From: Oceanispirochaeta sp.
GTDB lineage: Bacteria > Spirochaetota > Spirochaetia > DSM-2461
Reading direction: 5' to 3'
Length of the DNA stretch: 64,000 nt
Assembly (NCBI GenBank): GCA_963663385.2
Contig: CAXXXD010000002.1
Span: 1,664,001-1,728,000, forward strand
Shown: positions 9,845 to 20,381 of the stretch, one piece after another
How the letters are laid out: each line of letters opens with the position of its first letter
Numbering within the stretch: position 1 is the first letter of the stretch
Translations under genes and position numbers: made by a program
The notes under the pieces: generated by a model
Database searches by the model: none
What the model was told of the DNA's origin: nothing
Seen by the model: only the letters and a program-made list of their open reading frames with translations

Positions 9845-11128
9845 TTATTCATCAGCAAATAAATCTTTGAGTCGTCTTGATCTTTTAGGATGTCTTAATC
9901 TTCTAAAAGCCTTAGATTCTAAGAATTCAAAATCATCAATATCAAGATCAAGTTTTTCACAAATTTCCTCATCAGAAATGAAATTAATATTTGTAATATA
10001 TTTTGAAAGTATTATTTCTTTTTCAACATCTGGCAATGTTTCTATGCTCTCTTGCATCAAGTCATAGATTTCCTTTTCACTGTATTTGGTTTTTAGTCTA
10101 GGATTTCGTTCCCCAAATATACGACCAATCAATGTTACCACTAGTTCAATATTTCTTTCATTATTTAATGATTTTAAGAATTCAATTTCCTTAATAGTTG
10201 ATTGTACTTGAAGTTCATCGTTTTTATCTATTTTCATTATTTTGTAATTCTGTGCATACTTTATGAATTCATCTATGCTATACATATAAAAAAGTAGATT
10301 GGTTTCATCAGAAAATTCATTTATCAACTCTGGCCTAGGACCTAATATTTTTTTTCCATCTTTCAACCACCAATCTTCTTTAGTTTCATTTGTGATAAAT
10401 ATGATTGATCTTTTTTCTTTTTTTGCTTTTTCTAGAATTTGATTCCAAATAATTAAATCACCAAATTTCTTTAGATTCTCTTTTTCTTTACTATCCATAT
10501 AACCAGGAGGAATACTATTCTGATATCTAAAATCCCCAATTTTCTCTATTTTCTGAAGTACATCATAAGAATATTTTTCACCAATGCAGTTATCAAAAAT
10601 ATCTGAGACTTTTTCCAAAATAGAATCTGAAACAAGTAATTTAGTGTAATAATTTCTGTATCTCTTTAACTGAATAAAATCATTATATTTGTAAATTGAT
10701 TCAATTGATTCATTTACAGCCTCTAATTCATATTCAAGTTCATTCAGAATATTACTTGTATTAGTAATAAATGGATGGCGCTTTTCCATTTTTGGATTTT
10801 GTCTAAACTTATTCAATTCCTCAATAAATTTCTTTTTAAATGATTCTTTCAAGACACTTTCACTCTCTTCAAATCGCTCGTAAATTCTAATCTGTTCTTT
10901 GATTACTGCAATACGATTATCATGATATTCATGAGCGACTTGATAAGGTAACCATAGTCTATTACTTTTTATTGAGTTGAGTATTTGAATAACATTCTGA
11001 CTTGATTCTTTAGAATATCTATATAAATCTAATAGAACATTTGTATCAAAAACAAAAATACAGTTATTCCATAATTCACTGAATATTTTCTGGTCAAAAT
11101 CATAATATCCTTTTAGAACTTTTCTCAT
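9845..11128 (-). CDS. Cassette gene: PIN-like nuclease domain fused to a C-terminal sigma70 region-4-like domain
   Basis: FVFDTNVLLDLY, PPGYMD, GDLIIW and ITNETKEDWW (PIN_8-like); the C-terminus ESKAFRRLRHPKRSRRLKDLF resembles the RpoD C-terminus. Confidence 0.8.
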   Translation of the reverse strand: MRKVLKGYYDFDQKIFSELWNNCIFVFDTNVLLDLYRYSKESSQNVIQILNSIKSNRLWLPYQVAHEYHDNRIAVIKEQIRIYERFEESESVLKESFKKKFIEELNKFRQNPKMEKRHPFITNTSNILNELEYELEAVNESIESIYKYNDFIQLKRYRNYYTKLLVSDSILEKVSDIFDNCIGEKYSYDVLQKIEKIGDFRYQNSIPPGYMDSKEKENLKKFGDLIIWNQILEKAKKEKRSIIFITNETKEDWWLKDGKKILGPRPELINEFSDETNLLFYMYSIDEFIKYAQNYKIMKIDKNDELQVQSTIKEIEFLKSLNNERNIELVVTLIGRIFGERNPRLKTKYSEKEIYDLMQESIETLPDVEKEIILSKYITNINFISDEEICEKLDLDIDDFEFLESKAFRRLRHPKRSRRLKDLFADE

Positions 11129-11172
11129 CTAATCCTCAATTTTATAAATTTATGCTCTTTAACCTTGTGTCG

Positions 11173-11276
11173 ATATAACATCGATTTAACAAGCGGCCAG
11201 AAAGCTGGCGGATTCTGTGCCTGCGAAGCAGAAAAGCACAGAATGTGAAAGCCTGGACGACTTGTTCAAATCTTTG
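11173..11276 (-). other. attC site 2 (110 bp when rejoined with 13266-13271), split by intron copy 2
   Basis: ATATAAC-atc-GATTT-AACAAG-CG...CG[A]CTTGTT[C]AAATC-ttt-G|TTATAC. Confidence 0.88.
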
Positions 11277-13265
11277 GTACGCCCGACATGGCTGTACGCT
11301 AATGAGGTGAAAGTCCTCTACAGGTGCCCACGTATAGTGAACATGCTATACCAACTGTTAGCTGAAGGCAAGGGCATTTCCGCGAGGGAATGTCTGGAGG
11401 AAGCCGGAATGCAAAACCGGGAGCCCATGTACAAGAATGTGATAGAAGGCTCAGTTCCAGAGGCGAGTCAGCCAATGATGACGATGCCCCGTGGGTATGG
11501 AATAGGGTAAATCACAGGGTTGTCCGGGGACAGTGTACAGTCTTATTCGGGGAGATCTGTCTGCGGGGCGGTAATGTGTTCTTTTAAACTGAGAATCCGG
11601 TAGGGAACCGGAAAACCAATCCCCGGCTTTTCAGAGGGTGACACTCTGGAAATGAGCAAGATTATCTTGAGTACAAATAAGTCGTCACAGGTTTAAAAGC
11701 ACGGTATAGCATCAACGGGAGCAATCTCGTTGATTAGCAGGCAGAAGTCAGCAGAAGGCATAGTAACCAACGCCCGGAGTAATGTCCGGTTCACGGTGAA
11801 GGCCTGAACATTTCACAAGGAGGAGCCTTATGGTTCTCAAAGGAACAATTTTAGCACTGGCCGAAATAACTTTTGGCGAATTATGGAGAAACCAGCCTTG
11901 AACGATTCTATGATGGATTTGATTTTATCATCTGAAAACATGCGTAAGGCCTGGAAACAGGTCAAACGCAATGGCGGCAGTCCGGGAGTCAATGGCATGA
12001 CTATTGAGAAATTTCCGGAATATCTACGCAGAAGATGGAGTAAAATCAAGCAAGCTTTGCTTTTGGGGTACTATGTACCCTCTCCGGTGCTCAGGGTGGA
12101 AATCCCCAAGAGATCCGGAGGTATGCGAATGCTGGGTATTCCCACTATTTTAGACAGGGTTATCCAACAGGCTATTTCACAGGTTTTGAATCCTCTATTC
12201 GATTCGGATTTTTCGGAAAGCAGTTTTGGATTCAGGCCGGGAAGATCGGCTCACGGAGCAGTACGACAGGTAAATACCTATGTTAAATCGGGATACAAGT
12301 ATGCAGTTGATCTGGACTTGGAAAAGTTCTTTGATACGGTAAATCACGATATTCTGATGCATTGTGTGGCTAAGAAAGTCCGGGACAAATCAGTCCTGAA
12401 ATTGATTGGCCGCTACCTGAGAGCCGGTATTATGGACAAGGAGGGGATTAAAATCCCTACTGAAATCGGGACTCCTCAAGGAGGCCCGTTATCACCTCTA
12501 CTTTCCAATATCCTTCTTGATAATTTCGATAAGGAGTTGGAACGGAGAAACCTGTGCTTTGCACGTTACGCAGATGATGCATTAATTGTATCAAAACGCC
12601 TGTGTGATGGAAAAGCTATATTGACTGAAATAAGTGATTATCTCAGTCGCAGGTTAAAATTGGTTGTAAACCAGAAGAAAAGCAAGGTGTGTAAAATCTC
12701 CGAATGCAGTTTTCTGGGATTCACTTTCAAGGGTAAGAAAATCCGATGGACTGAATCATCCTTTCGGGAGTTTCAATATCAGTTAAAGCATTTGACAAGA
12801 CGGTCTTGGGGGGTATCAATGGAATATCGATTCCGGAAACTTAACGAGTATATCCGGGGGTGGATGAACTATTATGGTATTTCCCAATATTACAGACCTC
12901 TACAATCAATTGATGAATGGCTGAGAAGAAGAATCCGTATGTGCTACTGGAAACAGTGGCGTTACCCCAGAACAAAAGTCAGGAAACTGATGGAGCTGGG
13001 TATTCCGAAAGATTTTGCCATTATGACAGGAGCAAGTAGTAAGTCCTACTGGCATCTGTCAAAAGGCTATGCAACCAATGCCGCTATGTCCAATAAATGG
13101 TTGGAAGAGCAAGGATTGATCAATATTAAGGCCCTCTGGTGTAAAATCCAGGGCTACACATGATCAAATTATAGTTTCGTTTGCTCCATGGAGTGAACCG
13201 CCCTGTGCGGACCCGCATGCAGGGTGGTGTGGGGGCTGGAGGTTAAAAGCCTCCGGCTACCCGAT
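11277..13265 (+). mobile_element. Group IIC-attC intron copy 2 (1989 bp, intact)
   Basis: GTACG...CCCGAT ends; short domain V with CGC triad; RT ORF without endonuclease domain. Confidence 0.95.
11883..13163 (+). CDS. ltrA: Group II intron reverse transcriptase/maturase (class C, no En domain)
   Basis: RT0-7 motifs, YADD, maturase X domain (IRGWMNYY...WLRRRIR). Confidence 0.95.
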   Translation: MEKPALNDSMMDLILSSENMRKAWKQVKRNGGSPGVNGMTIEKFPEYLRRRWSKIKQALLLGYYVPSPVLRVEIPKRSGGMRMLGIPTILDRVIQQAISQVLNPLFDSDFSESSFGFRPGRSAHGAVRQVNTYVKSGYKYAVDLDLEKFFDTVNHDILMHCVAKKVRDKSVLKLIGRYLRAGIMDKEGIKIPTEIGTPQGGPLSPLLSNILLDNFDKELERRNLCFARYADDALIVSKRLCDGKAILTEISDYLSRRLKLVVNQKKSKVCKISECSFLGFTFKGKKIRWTESSFREFQYQLKHLTRRSWGVSMEYRFRKLNEYIRGWMNYYGISQYYRPLQSIDEWLRRRIRMCYWKQWRYPRTKVRKLMELGIPKDFAIMTGASSKSYWHLSKGYATNAAMSNKWLEEQGLINIKALWCKIQGYT

Positions 13266-13754
13266 TTATACAGTGTTTATTTTTTTCACAATCCTTACTT
13301 CTGATTCAACTAATAATTCTGCTTCAAAATTTGTATCTATTGTATTAATACCTTGCCAATATTGATGAGCTTGTAACTCAAGAGCTGGTAATACTGGTCT
13401 GCTATGAGGTATTCTTTCGTATAGTTTCATTGAACATCTGTGTATCATTTTATCTGAGATAATTTCAACTTCGTATAAATGACAACCTTCTCTATTGTCT
13501 TTTTTTAAGAAATCAGTTGATTCTTCTATTGTTTCAAATAAAAATATGGATTTTAATCTACTAGGATGCTCTGGATAATGTTTTAATCGAATTAATTCAA
13601 AGGTTTGTTCTTGAAATAGCCTCCAAATCATAGCCCTTTCATTATCATTGCCATATAAAATGTAATTCTCATTTATTATTTTACCCATGCTTCCTGGTTG
13701 GAGAATATCACCAGCGGATAATTTTCTTTCATTTAGATGATAGTATTTCTTCAA
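13266..13754 (-). CDS. Cassette gene: DUF2441-like / ADP-ribosyltransferase-fold protein
   Basis: YYH...L..GDIL.PG start (Arr-like), FELIRLKHYPEHPSRLKSIFLF, YW and a terminal ELLV glutamate; stop codon lies within the attC R'' box. Confidence 0.6.
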   Translation of the reverse strand: MKKYYHLNERKLSAGDILQPGSMGKIINENYILYGNDNERAMIWRLFQEQTFELIRLKHYPEHPSRLKSIFLFETIEESTDFLKKDNREGCHLYEVEIISDKMIHRCSMKLYERIPHSRPVLPALELQAHQYWQGINTIDTNFEAELLVESEVRIVKKINTV

Positions 13755-13756
13755 CG

Positions 13757-14476
13757 TTAAAATCCTTCTTTAGGAATACAAGCATTGATGAAGAGTTTCC
13801 CAAAATCTGTTAAAACCCACCGACTTCTTCTACGTGTGCCTGTTTGAGTGTTGCTTTCACGTATTGGTTTTTCATCATATACTGGCCAATTGACTAAGCT
13901 TAAAGAGTCTAAATGGTTATAATAAAGATCTAAATTGTCAGGAAATATCAATGACTCTAATGGTGCTTCTTTTTTTTCAAATCTACGATTTATAAATCGA
14001 TTATTTATTCTGTCCATATCAAATACGTCTACGAACTCAAACTCAACCTTATTTAGTTCATATAGAAGAATTGCTTCATCATGTGATAGTTGTGAAATTA
14101 TATGAACAAATGATGGATGAGCTTTATCTAATTCATCTTTATTTACGGATTTAAGTAATAACTCTTCAAACATTTTCCATAAAGGTGAATCCTCATTAAG
14201 ATATTGCATTTTTTCAATTGCTGGCCCTACTATCTCAGGTGATGCAGATATTTGTTTATCTTTGGGAATTTTGCTAATTCTATTTTTTACAAATTTTTCG
14301 AATCGATCTTGAAAGGCTGAGGTAATCTGTAGTGGTGCAAGTAACAATCTTGCAGTCTTTACAACATCTAATCCTATTTTGCTAATTTCTGTAAGTGGTT
14401 TTGATGCTACATCCTTATATGTTTCTAGTAAAACCTCAGGTGGTATGTTTTTCATTATTTCTTCTGGATCAGACAT
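13757..14476 (-). CDS. Cassette gene: Abi-alpha (DUF4393)-family protein
   Basis: YKDVASKP, EIVGPAIE, MFEELL, AHPSFVHIISQLSHDEA and LTDFGKLFINAC motifs. Confidence 0.8.
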   Translation of the reverse strand: MSDPEEIMKNIPPEVLLETYKDVASKPLTEISKIGLDVVKTARLLLAPLQITSAFQDRFEKFVKNRISKIPKDKQISASPEIVGPAIEKMQYLNEDSPLWKMFEELLLKSVNKDELDKAHPSFVHIISQLSHDEAILLYELNKVEFEFVDVFDMDRINNRFINRRFEKKEAPLESLIFPDNLDLYYNHLDSLSLVNWPVYDEKPIRESNTQTGTRRRSRWVLTDFGKLFINACIPKEGF

Positions 14477-14497
14477 TTTTTACCCCCATTTTCATCT

Positions 14498-14609
14498 GTA
14501 TAACGCCCGCATCAGCTGCAATTTTGTCCCGAAGGGTTGGCGTAGTTTTTGAAATGAGCGAAGCGACTTCAAAAACTATGACAAAAAAATTGTCAGTTGC
14601 ATGCGATTG
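14498..14609 (-). other. attC site 3 (118 bp when rejoined with 16599-16604), split by intron copy 3
   Basis: GTATAAC-gcc-CGCAT-CAGCTG-CAATTTT...AAAATTG[T]CAGTTG[C]ATGCG-att-G|TTATGT. Confidence 0.88.
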
Positions 14610-16598
14610 GTACGCCCGACATGGCTGTACGCTAATGAGGTGAAAGTCCTCTACAGGTGCCCACGTATAGTGAACATGCTATACCAACTGTTAGCTGAAG
14701 GCAAGGGCATTTCCGCGAGGGAATGTCTGGAGGAAGCCGGAATGCAAAACCGGGAGCCCATGTACAAGAATGTGATAGAAGGCTCAGTTCCAGAGGCGAG
14801 TCAGCCAATGATGACGATGCCCCGTGGGTATGGAATAGGGTAAATCACAGGGTTGTCCGGGGACAGTGTACAGTCTTATTCGGGGAGATCTGTCTGCGGG
14901 GCGGTAATGTGTTCTTTTAAACTGAGAATCCGGTAGGGAACCGGAAAACCAATCCCCGGCTTTTCAGAGGGTGACACTCTGGAAATGAGCAAGATTATCT
15001 TGAGTACAAATAAGTCGTCACAGGTTTAAAAGCACGGTATAGCATCAACGGGAGCAATCTCGTTGATTAGCAGGCAGAAGTCAGCAGAAGGCATAGTAAC
15101 CAACGCCCGGAGTAATGTCCGGTTCACGGTGAAGGCCTGAACATTTCACAAGGAGGAGCCTTATGGTTCTCAAAGGAACAATTTTAGCACTGGCCGAAAT
15201 AACTTTTGGCGAATTATGGAGAAACCAGCCTTGAACGATTCTATGATGGATTTGATTTTATCATCTGAAAACATGCGTAAGGCCTGGAAACAGGTCAAAC
15301 GCAATGGCGGCAGTCCGGGAGTCAATGGCATGACTATTGAGAAATTTCCGGAATATCTACGCAGAAGATGGAGTAAAATCAAGCAAGCTTTGCTTTTGGG
15401 GTACTATGTACCCTCTCCGGTGCTCAGGGTGGAAATCCCCAAGAGATCCGGAGGTATGCGAATGCTGGGTATTCCCACTATTTTAGACAGGGTTATCCAA
15501 CAGGCTATTTCACAGGTTTTGAATCCTCTATTCGATTCGGATTTTTCGGAAAGCAGTTTTGGATTCAGGCCGGGAAGATCGGCTCACGGAGCAGTACGAC
15601 AGGTAAATACCTATGTTAAATCGGGATACAAGTATGCAGTTGATCTGGACTTGGAAAAGTTCTTTGATACGGTAAATCACGATATTCTGATGCATTGTGT
15701 GGCTAAGAAAGTCCGGGACAAATCAGTCCTGAAATTGATTGGCCGCTACCTGAGAGCCGGTATTATGGACAAGGAGGGGATTAAAATCCCTACTGAAATC
15801 GGGACTCCTCAAGGAGGCCCGTTATCACCTCTACTTTCCAATATCCTTCTTGATAATTTCGATAAGGAGTTGGAACGGAGAAACCTGTGCTTTGCACGTT
15901 ACGCAGATGATGCATTAATTGTATCAAAACGCCTGTGTGATGGAAAAGCTATATTGACTGAAATAAGTGATTATCTCAGTCGCAGGTTAAAATTGGTTGT
16001 AAACCAGAAGAAAAGCAAGGTGTGTAAAATCTCCGAATGCAGTTTTCTGGGATTCACTTTCAAGGGTAAGAAAATCCGATGGACTGAATCATCCTTTCGG
16101 GAGTTTCAATATCAGTTAAAGCATTTGACAAGACGGTCTTGGGGGGTATCAATGGAATATCGATTCCGGAAACTTAACGAGTATATCCGGGGGTGGATGA
16201 ACTATTATGGTATTTCCCAATATTACAGACCTCTACAATCAATTGATGAATGGCTGAGAAGAAGAATCCGTATGTGCTACTGGAAACAGTGGCGTTACCC
16301 CAGAACAAAAGTCAGGAAACTGATGGAGCTGGGTATTCCGAAAGATTTTGCCATTATGACAGGAGCAAGTAGTAAGTCCTACTGGCATCTGTCAAAAGGC
16401 TATGCAACCAATGCCGCTATGTCCAATAAATGGTTGGAAGAGCAAGGATTGATCAATATTAAGGCCCTCTGGTGTAAAATCCAGGGCTACACATGATCAA
16501 ATTATAGTTTCGTTTGCTCCATGGAGTGAACCGCCCTGTGCGGACCCGCATGCAGGGTGGTGTGGGGGCTGGAGGTTAAAAGCCTCCGGCTACCCGAT
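14610..16598 (+). mobile_element. Group IIC-attC intron copy 3 (1989 bp, intact)
   Basis: Same ends, length and RT translation as copy 2. Confidence 0.95.
15216..16496 (+). CDS. ltrA: Group II intron reverse transcriptase/maturase
   Basis: Translation identical to 11883-13163. Confidence 0.95.
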   Translation: MEKPALNDSMMDLILSSENMRKAWKQVKRNGGSPGVNGMTIEKFPEYLRRRWSKIKQALLLGYYVPSPVLRVEIPKRSGGMRMLGIPTILDRVIQQAISQVLNPLFDSDFSESSFGFRPGRSAHGAVRQVNTYVKSGYKYAVDLDLEKFFDTVNHDILMHCVAKKVRDKSVLKLIGRYLRAGIMDKEGIKIPTEIGTPQGGPLSPLLSNILLDNFDKELERRNLCFARYADDALIVSKRLCDGKAILTEISDYLSRRLKLVVNQKKSKVCKISECSFLGFTFKGKKIRWTESSFREFQYQLKHLTRRSWGVSMEYRFRKLNEYIRGWMNYYGISQYYRPLQSIDEWLRRRIRMCYWKQWRYPRTKVRKLMELGIPKDFAIMTGASSKSYWHLSKGYATNAAMSNKWLEEQGLINIKALWCKIQGYT

Positions 16599-16624
16599 TT
16601 ATGTGTCCTCGTTTTGATACATAT

Positions 16625-18295
16625 TCATAATAGATTGATCATCACATGATGTAAATTTACTTCCATTCCATTTCTATTATGAACTGTTGTTATGTTCCGA
16701 ACATCCGCATATATTTTCTCATCTATAATTTGATCTGTCCGCTCATAAACGAAATTATATTCTTCTATGTAAGTACAATATTTCTCCCATAATTTATCAA
16801 AATATACAGCATTTGAATAAATCAATATAATATTTTGCTTTAATCCAGTTGAGTCGTAATTAAATATTTTATCAATATGTAAATTGATATATGTTTTATC
16901 AAGAGAATCAAGATTTAAAGCCTCTATTATTGTGAATGGACGCTTCTTCTTATCATAAACAAGTATATCAATCTCGCCTGCATTCTTTCCAGTTGCTGAT
17001 TTACTCCATCTTGTCTGATCTTTTACATGATATTTAGATGTTTCAAGCAGAGTGGCAATAAATGTATTTCTATCATCTTCAGAAAAATTACCTCTATAAT
17101 TTCTATTCCCTTGCATTTTAATGCAGGCAGAAATTAAACTATCAAAAATATTTTGAAATGAATATTCTTGCAATTCTTCAAAACACTTTAATATACTTAC
17201 AGGATCATCTGGATCTATTTTTGATATGACAATATCTCTTCTACTTTGTGGAATATAATGAAACAATTCTGACATTTTGCTTTTTATACTCTCATTCTCA
17301 ACTTTTTTTTTTAGATTTTTATCTCTAATTATATTGGTCATATTCTGTAAAAATTGTAATTTTTCTTCTTCTGAAATACATTCCTTTTTTAATAACTCTA
17401 TTTTCGATAGCTGGGATTGAAAATTACAAGAGAAGAAAGGAACAATAAACTTAGTATTGATAATATTCTTAAATTGTTTAGAGATTGTACTCTTATTCAA
17501 TCGTTCGTTTAATAATTCGTTTTCAATTTCAGAATAATAGAGAAATAGCTCATCCATATCTGATCTAAAATTCAACCAATCATCTGGTTTTTTTGAATAT
17601 ATTTTTGCCACAGAAAAAAGAATCCTGTAAAATCCAAAATAGAAAGAACTGATTAGATTATTGATTGAAAGAGATACAATTTTAAAGATTAATTCAGGGA
17701 TTTTGCTCAAGTATTGATCTACTAAAGGTGTTTGATGTTTTACTAAATTTAATAATACAGCTGTTACAAGACTGAAAAACTCTGAATCTACTCTATTTTC
17801 AATAGTGTTTTTTGATTGAAGAAAAAAGTCATTTGATCTTTCAATATTCTGTATGAAATTAATTGTATCTAAAGAGAAAAAACTCTTTTGCATAAAGATA
17901 AGACCAAGATTATACAGAGCCTCTGAAGATATCTCTAAATCACTATTAATCGATGAAGTTTCATAAACTGACTCAATCTCTGAAGATTCTTTTTCGTAGA
18001 ATAAATGTAAGATTTTTAGTCTCTGAACCTCGAGAAAGGCGTCATTTTCAGATTGCCAATCATCTAATAGTAATGATAGTATTTGTCTTTCTTTAATATT
18101 ACCAAGCAAGAAATGATCAAAAAGAAGAGTTAGTGCTTCTTTTTTGACATATGAGTTTTCAGATCTATGTAAGATAATACCTTTGATAAATATAAAGAAA
18201 TCGCTTTGAGTTTTATTGCAAAATATATTATCATCTCTTAAATAGTTGAGTTTTTCATTCATTCCTTTTTTGTTAAATCTCTCTAGATTAGACAT
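16625..18295 (-). CDS. Cassette gene: alpha-helical N-terminus plus C-terminal PD-(D/E)xK-like nuclease
   Basis: C-terminal EDDRN...GEIDILV...IIEAL restriction-endonuclease-like pattern. Confidence 0.6.
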   Translation of the reverse strand: MSNLERFNKKGMNEKLNYLRDDNIFCNKTQSDFFIFIKGIILHRSENSYVKKEALTLLFDHFLLGNIKERQILSLLLDDWQSENDAFLEVQRLKILHLFYEKESSEIESVYETSSINSDLEISSEALYNLGLIFMQKSFFSLDTINFIQNIERSNDFFLQSKNTIENRVDSEFFSLVTAVLLNLVKHQTPLVDQYLSKIPELIFKIVSLSINNLISSFYFGFYRILFSVAKIYSKKPDDWLNFRSDMDELFLYYSEIENELLNERLNKSTISKQFKNIINTKFIVPFFSCNFQSQLSKIELLKKECISEEEKLQFLQNMTNIIRDKNLKKKVENESIKSKMSELFHYIPQSRRDIVISKIDPDDPVSILKCFEELQEYSFQNIFDSLISACIKMQGNRNYRGNFSEDDRNTFIATLLETSKYHVKDQTRWSKSATGKNAGEIDILVYDKKKRPFTIIEALNLDSLDKTYINLHIDKIFNYDSTGLKQNIILIYSNAVYFDKLWEKYCTYIEEYNFVYERTDQIIDEKIYADVRNITTVHNRNGMEVNLHHVMINLL

Positions 18296-20381
18296 TAGAA
18301 TATAAACTCATTTTCTGGTGTATTTAGTTCGTTATCAACAATATTTGAGAGCTTCCTCTCTGCTGTTCCTATTAATATTTGTAAATTATCACCAAAACGA
18401 CTATGAATACTTTTTAATACGCGAGATAATCCACTAGATATTTATCATCAGCTTCTTCTTTCCCGGGACTATCGATTATCAAAAAACGCGTATGTCTACC
18501 AAAATTTCTTTCAATATCTAATTGAATTAAACTCAAATAAAATGCAAGTTTAGCTCGTAGCTGTTCTCCTTCAGCTATATCATTAAATGAGATGAAATCA
18601 CCATCTTGATTATAAAGTATATCAAATTTATCATTTATTGAAATTTCAGAGATTGAAGTTAATCCCAATTCGTTGATCTCATTAAGCATTATAGATTTCA
18701 ATTTATCAAGAATATCTTTACCTTCTTTAAAACGTATGATGTTCAATCTATTAATAGCATCTTCTATAACAGTAATTTGACTATCAAAATCAATTTCTTT
18801 GTTCTCTACAACTTTTTGATTTCCCTCAATTTGAAATTGAATTACTGCCTTTTTTGCTAATAACTTATCTCGTAGATCTCTTGTAGGTGATATGGATTCT
18901 ATTTCTTCTTTCGTTTTAGTTAATTCTTCATTTAATTTATCAAGAACTGTTGAATTTTGTCTCATTACATTTATATTATCTAGTTCGGAATATAAGTCTT
19001 TCTCTTTATTCTTATATTCACCATATTCTATTTCTAAACTTTGAAGTTCTTTAGTAATATTACTATTTAGATTCTTCAAGTCTTCGATTTTGTTCTGAAT
19101 ATTATCAATTTGAAAGTCAGATTCGGAATTTAACTCTTCACTGCATAATGAACACTTACGGTCGTGAACATTTCCTTTAGCTTTATCTTTGCTAATTTTG
19201 TGATTACAGCTAGGACATTGAGTAATATTGAGGTTTGAAAAAAAGACTCCTATATCACTGTATTCAGTTAAGTCATTTATTCTTTTAATATTTTTATTGA
19301 TTTCTCCATTTAGTCTCGATATTTTCTGCTCTAAACTTTTTAACTCATTATTGGTTTTTTTTAATATTAAGTATTTATCATTATATAGTTTCTCATTTTC
19401 TGCTGTCTTATTGTTCTCATTTTTTATTTGAACAATTAGAGATTCACTTTTATCCAATAAGGGTTTTAATGTTATATCAGATTCTGATTCTATTCTTGAT
19501 AACTCTTGTTCAACAGTCGCTAATTGATTTTTCAGTTCAACAAAATCTTTATGTTGTGTATCATTTTTTTCTAAATATTGCTGTTTAGATTTTTCATTGA
19601 GAATGAAATCCTTACGAATACAAAGTTGATTGATGGGGTAAGTAAAATGTAAACCGAGAAGCATTTGAAATACTTTTCTATCTTGACCTCCAAAAATGAG
19701 GCTTGAAGAATCTTTGGACTCAAGAAAAATAGATTTAAAATAAGTTCTCCAACTTGTTCCTACTTCCAGTAACTCATTACTGTCTTTTGCAGAGTTTTTT
19801 TGTGTCCATTTTAATGAATAATATGAAAATTGTTGAAAGAAAAAATCCTCAATCTTCTTTTGATATTCGATTTCACTCTTTGCATTGAAAATTTCTTTAT
19901 CTTTATTCTGTTCTAGTTCATTAATATTTTTATAGTGACCAAATAATAATGATGCACTAAGTCTTCCTTCAAGATTGAGGTATGCTGTATATTTTCTTTC
20001 CCCTATAGAAAAACAAAGAAGTAAATCATCAATCCACTTTTTTATATTTTGCTTAATTGAATTACTACCAGTTAAAATATATTTAATCATTTTAAAAATG
20101 CTAGATTTTCCTTTTAGGTTATCAGCAATAATGATATTTATTCCATTTCCAAACTCTTGATTATAGTCAATAATATTACCTGTATAAATATGTCTATCAG
20201 AAGTTCTCTTTTGGCCTTTAAAATGGATATAATCAATTTTAATATTTTTTCCTGTTGATATAGGAGTATCCTTTAAATAAGATTCTTCAAGACTAAGAAG
20301 CTCTTCTATTTCATTTAGAGTATATTTATCCTTATAATCATCATATAACTCATTTAAAAATTTCTTGAAATCAAAAATCAT
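18295..20381 (-). pseudogene. SMC/Rad50-like ABC ATPase (LmuB/ABC-3C-like) with a 1-nt frameshift near 18434
   Basis: ADNLKGKSS Walker A, coiled coils with CPSC/CSLC, IAEGEQ signature, FLIIDSP Walker B. The ORF stops at 18414, but the shifted frame continues GLSRVLK...LQILIGTA...EFIF* to a TAATG overlap with the next gene. Confidence 0.8.

Noticed and set aside
11883..13163. RT as retron, DGR, CRISPR-RT or Abi RT
   Set aside because: It has a maturase X domain and is enclosed by group II intron ends with domains V/VI; no TR/VR pair, msr-msd or cas genes are seen.
18296..18413. Apparent intergenic gap as a hidden attC between ATPase and nuclease
   Set aside because: No TAAC...GTTA hairpin; the gap is the frameshifted ATPase C-terminus.
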